60,165 nt of DNA from Thermoplasmata archaeon (lineage in GTDB: Archaea > Thermoplasmatota > Thermoplasmata > Lutacidiplasmatales > UBA184): positions 1 to 60,165 of the forward strand of contig JAKAVY010000006.1 of the NCBI GenBank assembly GCA_021827405.1, written 5' to 3'. The position numbers and the translations under genes were made by a program. A model generated the notes under the pieces. It was not told the origin of the DNA and searched no databases. It saw only the letters and a program-made list of their open reading frames with translations. Positions 27,014 to 35,289 of the stretch are shown here, one piece after another; position 1 is the stretch's first letter, and every line of letters starts with the position of its first letter.

Positions 27014-28123
27014 TCAAGGGTGGGCCGGCGGGGAGGTCCCCGGGTCCCCTCCCGGAGGGGTCTCCCGCTTGCGGCGGGCGGTGTTGCTCTCGCTCATCCC
27101 CATGAGGACCAGGAAACCGGCCCCGGCGAGCACCACCGCCGCCACCACGAAGAGCCCCACCTGGACGACCTGGCCGACCACCGGCACGTTGTTCGGGGGT
27201 TGTGGCGTGACCCCCACGTAGATGTGTCCCTGCATCCCTGGGAAGTGACCGGGGACCGTGCAGACGTACTCGTACACCCCGTGGCTGGCCGGCATGGGGA
27301 TGGGGGGGGTCACCACCGGCGGAGCGCTGGGGCTCAGCGGGTCGTTCACCAGCGGAGGGTGGGCGACGAAGTAGGCGAGCAGTTGGCTGTTGGAGAAGCT
27401 GTTGGACAGGCCGGTGTCGTTGGGGATGGAGTCCAGGGTGAAGGTGTGGGAGAGCGCTCCCTGGACCCCCACCTCAAAGACGATGGGAAGCCCCGGGGAG
27501 GCGATGAGGATCGCGGGGACGAAGGTGATGGAGCCGGTGGCGTTCAGGAAGACCACCTGGTGGGGGCCGACCACGCCCGAGCCCACGTTCAGGAAGCCGA
27601 AGAGCCCGGCCTTGAACTGATACCCGCCGGAGGCGAGGGAGAGGAACTCGTAGCTGTCCCCCGACGGGCCCTTCAGGGTGTGGAAGGTGTAGTTCCAGTA
27701 CCCGACCTGCCCGGGGGCCAGGGTCAGGTTGACCAGGGAGGCGTTGGGGGGGGCGAAGAGGGCGAGGAGCTTCGCGGGGGTGATGTTCGCCGGGATCACC
27801 TGGTTGGGCGTGGCGTCCACGGTGAACGTGTGCTCCACGCTTCCCACGTTGACCAGGCGGAGGGAGAGCGTGGTGTTCGTCGAGACGTTCAGGGTGGACG
27901 GCTCGTAGCCGTTGTCGGTGACGTTGACCGTCAGGTTCTCCTGGGAGGCGGGAGAGCCTCCCGGCACGTACCGGGCGTAGCCGATGCTCTGGGGGCTGAC
28001 ATACCCGTCGAGATGGAGGAGGTAGGGGACGGAAAAGGCGCTCGCCACCATGGCGAGCACCACCACCAGGGAGAGGACTCCCCGGCGGGAACGCCCGGGC
28101 CCGCGCCTCCAGGGGGATCTCAT
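27014..28123 (-). CDS. Two-domain cupredoxin (rusticyanin/sulfocyanin-like), membrane anchored, probable Tat substrate
   Basis: SRRGVL twin-Arg signal; two HTFT motifs; domain 2 has YEYVCTVPGHFPGMQG; C-terminal TM. Confidence 0.85.
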   Translation of the reverse strand: MRSPWRRGPGRSRRGVLSLVVVLAMVASAFSVPYLLHLDGYVSPQSIGYARYVPGGSPASQENLTVNVTDNGYEPSTLNVSTNTTLSLRLVNVGSVEHTFTVDATPNQVIPANITPAKLLALFAPPNASLVNLTLAPGQVGYWNYTFHTLKGPSGDSYEFLSLASGGYQFKAGLFGFLNVGSGVVGPHQVVFLNATGSITFVPAILIASPGLPIVFEVGVQGALSHTFTLDSIPNDTGLSNSFSNSQLLAYFVAHPPLVNDPLSPSAPPVVTPPIPMPASHGVYEYVCTVPGHFPGMQGHIYVGVTPQPPNNVPVVGQVVQVGLFVVAAVVLAGAGFLVLMGMSESNTARRKRETPPGGDPGTSPPAHP

Positions 28124-28147
28124 GGGGAAAAGCCCACGGGGCCGGCG

Positions 28148-28169
28148 TACATATCCCTGCGGTACTAAC
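28148..28169 (-). promoter_or_regulatory. Promoter of two-domain cupredoxin: GTTAGTAC-N7-ATATGTA
   Basis: Same architecture as 21713-21791; AT-rich box 25 nt before ATG 28123. Confidence 0.4.
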
Positions 28170-28178
28170 CGGCCCGGT

Positions 28179-29060
28179 TCAGCCCCCGGCCCGGTGTTCC
28201 TCCCGGGGGACGGGCGGACCGTGGCGGGGGAGGACCCGGGGGGCCTCCTCCCCCTCGAACCGACGGATGAGCTGGGTGGTGACCTCGATGAGGGGGTGGT
28301 GGCCCGACCGGTCGACCTCGATGTCCTCCAGGCCGACCAGGTGGTGCTCCCGGGCCAGACGTTCGAGCCCGATCTCCACCTTGTCGAAGTCCTCCGGCGT
28401 GTCGCAGACGAGCACGAAGGCCTGGAGCTGGCGGAGCCCCATCTCCCGGGCCGCGAGCGCCCGGTGGTGGCCGTCCACCAGCAGGTAGTCCTCCCCCTTG
28501 CGGATGGCCAGGACCGGCTCGGCGAACCCCCGCTCCAGTTCGTAGCGCCGTCCCTCCAGCTCGTCCTGGTAGACCTTCCACTGGGTGGGGTGCATCCGGC
28601 CCAGCGGGATGGTCATCCTCCGTAGGGAGAAGGTGAAACCGTAGCGGTCGTTCAGCAGCCGCCTGAGCGTCTCCGCCTTGAGGGGGCTCGCCCGTTCGAA
28701 GTGGCTCCGGACCACGTCCAGGTTGCTGAGGATCCCCACCAGCCGGCCGTCCTTGTCGACGACCGGGAGGTCCCGGAGCCCGTAGCGGAAGAGCACCCGG
28801 GCCGCGTCCTCCAGGTCCATCTCCGGGGTCGCCGTGTACGTCCCCGGGCGGGTGATCTGGGAGAGCGGGCGGTCCCGGTCCCCGGCGTTCCGGAGGAGCT
28901 CCTTGGCCGAGACGAACCCCACCAGCCTTCCCTGCCCATCGGTCACCGGCAAGCCGTGGTGCCGGCTCTGGGTCAGCTGGTCGATGGCCTCCCCGACCGT
29001 GGCCTCCCGGGTCACATGCTCCACCCGGAGCACCATGTAATCGCGGACCTTGTCGGCCAT
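28179..29060 (-). CDS. CBS-pair + ParB/Srx-like domain protein
   Basis: Two CBS repeats (HGLPVTD..LVG; RDLPVVD..LVG), then PTQWKVY..EP..LVDGHHR. Confidence 0.88.
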   Translation of the reverse strand: MADKVRDYMVLRVEHVTREATVGEAIDQLTQSRHHGLPVTDGQGRLVGFVSAKELLRNAGDRDRPLSQITRPGTYTATPEMDLEDAARVLFRYGLRDLPVVDKDGRLVGILSNLDVVRSHFERASPLKAETLRRLLNDRYGFTFSLRRMTIPLGRMHPTQWKVYQDELEGRRYELERGFAEPVLAIRKGEDYLLVDGHHRALAAREMGLRQLQAFVLVCDTPEDFDKVEIGLERLAREHHLVGLEDIEVDRSGHHPLIEVTTQLIRRFEGEEAPRVLPRHGPPVPREEHRAGG

Positions 29061-29091
29061 GCTGTTCCGCCGGGGAGCGGCCCCGGGGGGG

Positions 29092-29688
29092 CTACCGGCT
29101 CCGTTCGTCCCGGAAGTACGAGCAGAGCAGGTGGCCCAGGATCAGGTGGGCGTCCTCGATGTGCTGCATGTTCTGGGAGGGGACCACCACGGCCCGGTCG
29201 CAGAGGGCCTTCTGCTTCCCTCCCCCCATGCCGATGAGCCCCACCGTCACCATCCCCAACTTCCGGGCCTCCTCCAGGCCCCGGAGCACGTTGGGGGAGT
29301 TCCCGCTCCCCGAGATCCCGACGGCCACGTCCCCGGGGCGGCCCAGGTTCTTCAGCTGCTCGGCGTACACCTCGGCGTAGGCCAGGTCGTTCGCCCAGGC
29401 CAGGAGGGTGGGGACGGGGTCGGAGAGCGAGAGGCACCGGAACCTCGGCTGCCCCGGGGCGATGGTGAGCTTGGCCAGGTCGTTGGCCAGGTGGCTACCG
29501 GTGGAGGCGCTGCCACCGTTCCCGAAGAAGAAGATCGTGGACCCGTCCTTGCGGGCGCGGGAGAAGAGCTCCGTGAGCTCCCCCAGCCCCTCGAGCAGGT
29601 AGGGGGCGGTGACGGAGGCCACGGTCTCGGCCACATATCCATGGACGTATTCCTCGAGGCTCTTCCCCATCGGGCCTTCCTCCTTCAC
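29092..29688 (-). CDS. gmhA: D-sedoheptulose-7-phosphate isomerase (SIS domain)
   Basis: FGNGGSASTGSH, AWAND, GISGSGNSPNV, IEDAH. Confidence 0.88.
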   Translation of the reverse strand: MKEEGPMGKSLEEYVHGYVAETVASVTAPYLLEGLGELTELFSRARKDGSTIFFFGNGGSASTGSHLANDLAKLTIAPGQPRFRCLSLSDPVPTLLAWANDLAYAEVYAEQLKNLGRPGDVAVGISGSGNSPNVLRGLEEARKLGMVTVGLIGMGGGKQKALCDRAVVVPSQNMQHIEDAHLILGHLLCSYFRDERSR

Positions 29689-30665
29689 CGTCCCACGAAG
29701 ACGATCCGCGACCCCTCGTTGGAGATGTGGACCGGCAAGTGGCGATGTCCTGAGAGAGCCTCGGCTACTTGAGGGCTCTTCCCGGGGGGGACCACCAGGA
29801 GGAGGAACCCTCCCCCCCCCGCCCCCGTGACCTTCCCTCCGAGAGCCCCGGCCTTCCGGGCCTTCGCGTACATGGCATCGATGTCCCCGTTGCTGATCCC
29901 GTGGCTCAGGGTCTTCTTCAGCTCCCAGCCCTCGTCGAGGAGGCGGCCGACCCCTTCGTAATCGCCGGCGAGGACGGCCTCCCGGGTCCGGACGGCCAGG
30001 TCCCGGAGCCGGTCCAGGGCCGGGGCGTTCTCCGCCGAACGGCGGTTCTGCTCCCCCAGGATCTGTCCGGAGCGCCGGGTGGTGCCCGTGTAGTACAGGG
30101 ACAGGTACGCCTCGAAGCGTTCCGTCTCCGCCCGGGAGAGGGGAAGCGGCTCCACCGAGACGCTATCGTCGGGGAGGAAGGTGTAGTGCCGGACCCCGCC
30201 GAAGGCGGCGGCGTACTGGTCTTGCTTCCCGCTGGGCTCTCCCAGCCGCTCGATCTCGATCCGGCAGGCCTCCTCGGCGAGCTCCCGGGGGCTCTTCAAT
30301 TGCCCCCGGAAGGCCCAGAGCGCGTTGAGGATGCCCACCGCGAAGGAGCTCGACGAGCCGAGGCCGGTGCCCTCGGCGGGGATGTCCGAGACCGTGACGA
30401 TCTCCACCGCGCCGGTGACGCCCGTGGTCTGCATCGCCTCCCGGATCATGGGGTGGTTAACGTCCTCCACCCGGCGGACGTACTCGGCCGTCCGGGAGTA
30501 GCTCACCCGGATGTCCTGGTCGAACTTCTCGTTCACCAGGACGTAGACGTAGCGGTCCAAGGCCGCCGAGACCACCTCCCCACCCCCCCGGGCCCGGTAG
30601 TACGAGGCGAGGTCGGTCCCCCCGCCGGCGAGGGAGACCCTGAGGGGGGTCCGGCTGATGATCAC
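29685..30665 (-). CDS. hddA: D-glycero-D-manno-heptose-7-phosphate kinase (GHMP, HddA-like)
   Basis: RTPLRVSLAGGGTD, GTGLGSSS, GKQDQY, GGKVTGAGGGG; overlaps gmhA. Confidence 0.85.
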   Translation of the reverse strand: MIISRTPLRVSLAGGGTDLASYYRARGGGEVVSAALDRYVYVLVNEKFDQDIRVSYSRTAEYVRRVEDVNHPMIREAMQTTGVTGAVEIVTVSDIPAEGTGLGSSSSFAVGILNALWAFRGQLKSPRELAEEACRIEIERLGEPSGKQDQYAAAFGGVRHYTFLPDDSVSVEPLPLSRAETERFEAYLSLYYTGTTRRSGQILGEQNRRSAENAPALDRLRDLAVRTREAVLAGDYEGVGRLLDEGWELKKTLSHGISNGDIDAMYAKARKAGALGGKVTGAGGGGFLLLVVPPGKSPQVAEALSGHRHLPVHISNEGSRIVFVGR

Positions 30666-30689
30666 GAGGGCCCGGGAGGGAGGGGAGCA

Positions 30690-32840
30690 TTAAGGGTCTT
30701 CGGGGACCGGGGACCCCCCCGAGGCCGGTTCCGGGCGGTGGCGAGGGCGTGCCCCCTTCGGGATGGCCTCCGCCGGGTGGCGCCGGCCTTTGAAGATCCG
30801 CTCCACCTCGTCCCGGACCGAGACCAACGGTTTGAGGCCCGGGAGCGCGTCCGCGAACTGGACCGCCCGCCGGTCGAGGAGGATGCCCAGGCCCCGGTCG
30901 TCCTCGGAGCGGATCATCCGGCCGAGGGCCTGGAGCACGGCCCGCCGGGCGGGCGCCACCATGCCATACTCCCATCCCCGGCCGGTCAGGTGGTCCAGGT
31001 ATCGGATGAGCGCTTCCCGCCGGGCGGTGGGGCGGGGGAAGGGGATGCCCACGAGGATCACGCACTCGAGCTCTTCGTCCGGGAAGTCGATCCCTTCGGC
31101 CACGCGTCCCCCGCACACGCCGAGGAGGATCCCCGCCCCGGGGGAGCGTTTGAACCCCTCCACCAGGTTCCAGAGCTGTTCGGAAGGCATCCTACGGCTC
31201 TCCATGACCGCCCCCCGGGGGAGCTCGGAGGAGAGCCCCTGGGCCAGGAACCGGTCCAAGAGGGCGAAGCTGGGGAAGAAGGCGGCCGTCTTCACCGGCA
31301 GCTCCCTCAGGGTCCCCACGAGGGCCCGGTAGAGCCGGGGGAGCGCCTCGGGGTCCCCCTGGAGGTCCTCGTGGCGGCTGGTCACGTCGGGAACGTAGCG
31401 CAGGACCCGATGGGAGACCGGGAACGGGGAAGGCACGGTCAGCCGGGCGCTGTCCACGGGGAGCCCCAGAGTGTCCCGATATTCCTCCAGGGGCGCGAGG
31501 GTGCCGGAGAGATGGACGGAGAGGTGCGTCCCCAGGATAGGGCTCGCCGGCTCCCGGGCGTCCAGCGCGTAGGCCTCCACCGCCCGGTGGGGGCTCGCGA
31601 CGGCGGCCTTCACGTATTCCGGGGGGTCCACGCCGCCCCACGAAAGGAGGTTCTCGGCGACCGTGGCCGCGTAGGAACGGGGGAGCCGACGGGCCTGCCT
31701 CCGGCGGTCCCGGAGGCGTTCCCCCCACTCGGCAAGGGACAGGAGCATCTGGCGGAGGTCGTGGCTGGTCCCCCCCACCTCGGACAGGAGCCGGTCTTCC
31801 AGCCCGCCGGGGGGAAGGAGCCCGTCCTCCTCACCGGCGTACTCCTCCACGACCTCGGAAAGGACCTCCTCCACCTGGGTGAGGAAGGCCACGGCCGGCC
31901 GTTGGGGAAGCGGGCCCCCCGGGGCGGAGCCCACCGCCAGGAGGGGGAAGTCGCCGTGCTCCTCCACCTCCTCCCGGGCCCGGTGCACCGTCTCGAGTCC
32001 GAGCCTCAAGGTGATGCTCTCCCGGAGGTACTCGGGGAGGTTGTGGGCCTCGTCGATGACCAGGTCCACCTGGTCCAGGGAGACCCCCAACCAAGTGAGG
32101 AGCGAGGGCCGGATCCTCGGGTGGAAGAAGAACACGTAGGGGGCGACCACCACCGTCGCGTCCCGGCAGAGCCGTTTGGCGAGCTCGTAGGGGCAGAGGT
32201 TCTCCGCCGAGGCCAGGGCCTTGAACCGGTTGGAATCCGGCGCCTCCTGGGCGATCCGCTCGGCCATCCGGGGGAGGTCGGCGGCGATGAGCTGGGCGTA
32301 GTACGGGCACCCTTCCAGGTCGGTCAGTTCGAGGGTGGACTTCTTCCGGCCCCGGGCCGGCGGGCCCGCCGGGGTCGGTCCGGTCCGGTCCGGGGCGGCG
32401 GGCCGCTCGGTGGCCCGCTTGCGGTCCGCGCAGAGCTTCCCGATCTCCTCCGCGCTGGCCCCCTCCATCTCCGGCAACGCCTCGAAGAGGAGACAGCGTG
32501 CCTGTCGCCCCTCCAAGGCCAAGGCGAGCACCGGGTGCCCGGTCCGACGGGCGATGGCCCGGGTCTCGGCCAGGACCTGGGCGCTCTGGGAGTGGGTCCG
32601 GACCAGGTAGAGGACCTTGTGCCCGCTCTCCCGGGCATGGGGGATGAGCGGGGCGAGCACGGCCACCGTCTTGCCGCTGCCCGTGGGGGCATCCAGAAGG
32701 AGCGCCCCTCCGCGATGGGTCCGTTCCGTGACGGCCCGGAGGATCCCTTCCTGGGAGGGGCGGACCCGGTACGGGAAGGCCCCTCCGGCCGGCCGGGCCT
32801 TCTTTTCGGGGGGCCGGGGGAAGGAGGCGGGAGGGGGCAT
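30690..32840 (-). CDS. xpd: XPD/Rad3-type Fe-S DNA helicase
   Basis: APTGSGKT, four Cys (ARC..LC..CPYY..LCPYE), DEAHN, SGTL, EGIDF, QALGRMIR. Confidence 0.92.
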   Translation of the reverse strand: MPPPASFPRPPEKKARPAGGAFPYRVRPSQEGILRAVTERTHRGGALLLDAPTGSGKTVAVLAPLIPHARESGHKVLYLVRTHSQSAQVLAETRAIARRTGHPVLALALEGRQARCLLFEALPEMEGASAEEIGKLCADRKRATERPAAPDRTGPTPAGPPARGRKKSTLELTDLEGCPYYAQLIAADLPRMAERIAQEAPDSNRFKALASAENLCPYELAKRLCRDATVVVAPYVFFFHPRIRPSLLTWLGVSLDQVDLVIDEAHNLPEYLRESITLRLGLETVHRAREEVEEHGDFPLLAVGSAPGGPLPQRPAVAFLTQVEEVLSEVVEEYAGEEDGLLPPGGLEDRLLSEVGGTSHDLRQMLLSLAEWGERLRDRRRQARRLPRSYAATVAENLLSWGGVDPPEYVKAAVASPHRAVEAYALDAREPASPILGTHLSVHLSGTLAPLEEYRDTLGLPVDSARLTVPSPFPVSHRVLRYVPDVTSRHEDLQGDPEALPRLYRALVGTLRELPVKTAAFFPSFALLDRFLAQGLSSELPRGAVMESRRMPSEQLWNLVEGFKRSPGAGILLGVCGGRVAEGIDFPDEELECVILVGIPFPRPTARREALIRYLDHLTGRGWEYGMVAPARRAVLQALGRMIRSEDDRGLGILLDRRAVQFADALPGLKPLVSVRDEVERIFKGRRHPAEAIPKGARPRHRPEPASGGSPVPEDP

Positions 32841-33035
32841 CAGACCTCGCCGTGGGGGGCCCCGCCGGACGATAAAGCCCCCCGCCGGCCGCGGGGCGGG
32901 CCCCCGCGGGCCGGGCCATGAACGGAGAGGGACCGTCCGAAGTCCCGGAACCCTCCCCGCGCAGGGGAGAGCCCCCCGAAGCGCGCGGGGGGGGTCTGGC
33001 CGGTCCCGGGGACCCGCGTCCGTGGCGGGCCGGGC

Positions 33036-34286
33036 TCAGCGGAGCGCGCCCTTCCACGCCCCCGGGACCCGGGAAGGGTAGGTCACCCGGTCCGCTCCCA
33101 CGGCCGAGGCCAGGCGGGCCACGGCGGCCCGGATCCTCTCCCCGGTGTGCCGGTCTTGAGGGGCACCGGGTTCGGCGTGGACCGCCTGGATGTGGAGGAC
33201 ACCGGATTCCCGGTCGAGGCGCGGATCGATCCGGCCCAGGAACCGGTCTCCCCAGAGGATGGGGAGCACGTAGGTCCCGAACCGGCGCTTCTCTGGAGGG
33301 AGGAACTGCTCCCGGACGTAGTCGAAGTCGAAGAGGCGCCGGGTCCGGGGGATCTCGTAGAGCATGTTGTCGAACGGGGGTAACAGGGAGAGTCGGGGTT
33401 CCCAGCTCCCATCGCCCAGGGTCTGGAGGAGAGGCCGGTCCTCCGCGTGGAGGTAGCGCTCTTCCCGGCGCCGGGAGCCTTCGACGTTCACGGGGACGAT
33501 GGTCCCCTCCTTCCGGAGAGACTCGAGCGCCCGCGGAAGGTCCTGGTAGCGGCCTCGTGGGAAGTAGCGGTGGATCTCCCGGGGCGTGGCGATGCCGAGG
33601 GCCCGGAGGGCGCGTTGGGCCGCTTCCCGTTCGAGCTCCTCTTCCGGCAGCTCCTTCCTCTGGACCGAACCCGGCAGGAACGTATCCGTCAGTCCCCAGA
33701 CGTTCTGGCCCCCCTGGTGCGCGACCACCATCACCTTACCCTGCATGTGCAGGTGGTAGAGCATCTGGGCGACATCGCTGCTCGGGCTCCAGTCCCCGTC
33801 GCGGCGCTTCGTGGTGGGATGGTCCCGGAATCCGCTGAGCGGGAGGGGGCCGTTCCGGAGCTCGGCGAGCATCCTCCTCCTAAGGTCGGAGCGCTCGCTC
33901 AGGAAACGCTGGTACCGGGCCCGCTGCGCCCCCCACGACCGGGTCAGCGAATACGGGTATCTTCGCATCAGGGAGTAGTACAGGGGGTAATCCTCGGTGA
34001 GGACGAGGGAGGCGATGGGGGTCCAGTGGAGCATGAGGCTCTTCTCCTTCCAGAGCATCCGTTCGAGCCCCGCGGGATCGAACCTCTCCAGGCGGGCCCA
34101 CAGGGAAAGGAGGTGCGAGGGGGCCACGATGGGGACGGGGTCCCATTGTACGTAGGCCAGGTCCCGGATCACGGAGAGCGCGTCCGCGCGGGTCCCCCTC
34201 AAGAGGGGCGCACCCCCAAGGTGCTGCTTCGTCACGACCAGCCGCCGGGCGGTCTCCGCGCTGATGGACAGCGGGGTCTCGCTCAT
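33036..34286 (-). CDS. YcaQ/AlkZ-family (HTH_42) crosslink-repair DNA glycosylase
   Basis: VQWDP..VAPSH (QxD motif), LLPPFDN, FDFDY..E.F.P..KRRFGTYVLPIL.GD..GRID. Confidence 0.85.
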   Translation of the reverse strand: MSETPLSISAETARRLVVTKQHLGGAPLLRGTRADALSVIRDLAYVQWDPVPIVAPSHLLSLWARLERFDPAGLERMLWKEKSLMLHWTPIASLVLTEDYPLYYSLMRRYPYSLTRSWGAQRARYQRFLSERSDLRRRMLAELRNGPLPLSGFRDHPTTKRRDGDWSPSSDVAQMLYHLHMQGKVMVVAHQGGQNVWGLTDTFLPGSVQRKELPEEELEREAAQRALRALGIATPREIHRYFPRGRYQDLPRALESLRKEGTIVPVNVEGSRRREERYLHAEDRPLLQTLGDGSWEPRLSLLPPFDNMLYEIPRTRRLFDFDYVREQFLPPEKRRFGTYVLPILWGDRFLGRIDPRLDRESGVLHIQAVHAEPGAPQDRHTGERIRAAVARLASAVGADRVTYPSRVPGAWKGALR

Positions 34287-34562
34287 GGACGGCGCCGCCG
34301 GGGCCCGCCGGCGGAGGGCTTCCCCCATTGGAGCGGCCCTCTCGAGGCGTTCGAGACGAGCCGGCCAGCCCGAACGGCGGGCACGTCCGGGAAGCGGGAG
34401 GGCCTCCGGCTCCGGGAATCCCGAAGGCAGATCACCGGGACCCCCGCCCCGCAGATGGGGGTACGGTCCTCGGCCGCCATCCTCAGGGTCCGCGTGAGCA
34501 TGCCCGGGAGAGGTCTCGCCTCCCGATAAACGGCGCGGACGGGCCGCTGGGGAGCCGGTCCC

Positions 34563-35153
34563 TCAGCTCCCCGGGGGCTTGCGGTAGGGATGGAATTCGT
34601 CGGCGAGCAACCCGAAGCGCTCCCCCCTCCGGTACTCCCCATCGATGAGCCATTGGTCCCGGTCGAACCCCTCGGACCGGAAGCCGAGCCGGGTCAGGAC
34701 CGCCCGGGACCGTGCGTTGCCCTCGACGATCCCCGTTTCCAGGCGGTGGAGCCGCAGGGTCCCGAAGGCCTCCTCGCAGAGGCGGGAGGCGGCCTCACTG
34801 GCGTAACCGTGCCCCCAGTGCTCTCGTTCGACCCAGTATCCCAGGTGCCCGCGACGGTCGCGCAAGGACCGCACCTCGAGCCCCGCCCCGCCCACCAGCT
34901 CCCCGGTGTCGGAGAGGGTGCAGTGAAGGGGATAGCGTTCCCCCGAGGCGATACCCTTTCGCGCCCGGGCGATGAACTGGCGGGCATCGGCGAGGGTGTA
35001 CCGGGGCCAGAGAGGAAGGGTCCGGGTGATCTCCCGGTTGGAGAAGGCCTTCGCGAGGACACGGGCGTCGGAGGGGCGCGGGGCTCTCAGGAGCAACCGG
35101 GCCGTCCGAAGCGGCAACCGGATCCGGCGCAGACGGACGGGCTCGGGAGGCAT
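34563..35153 (-). CDS. RimJ/RimL-family GNAT acetyltransferase
   Basis: LRTARLLLR, LGYW..HWGHGYASEA, NARSRAVL.RLGFRSEG. Confidence 0.88.
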   Translation of the reverse strand: MPPEPVRLRRIRLPLRTARLLLRAPRPSDARVLAKAFSNREITRTLPLWPRYTLADARQFIARARKGIASGERYPLHCTLSDTGELVGGAGLEVRSLRDRRGHLGYWVEREHWGHGYASEAASRLCEEAFGTLRLHRLETGIVEGNARSRAVLTRLGFRSEGFDRDQWLIDGEYRRGERFGLLADEFHPYRKPPGS

Positions 35154-35289
35154 AGGCGGGAAGTCTCCAGACGGGAGATTATGCTTTTGCCGGTCCCCAG
35201 GGGGCCCGGTCTGCGCCCACAGGACCGGTCCCCCCCCAACCGAGGGTCCAGCCTCTTCCTTCCGGGGTCGATGGGGTCCTCGGTGGGGA

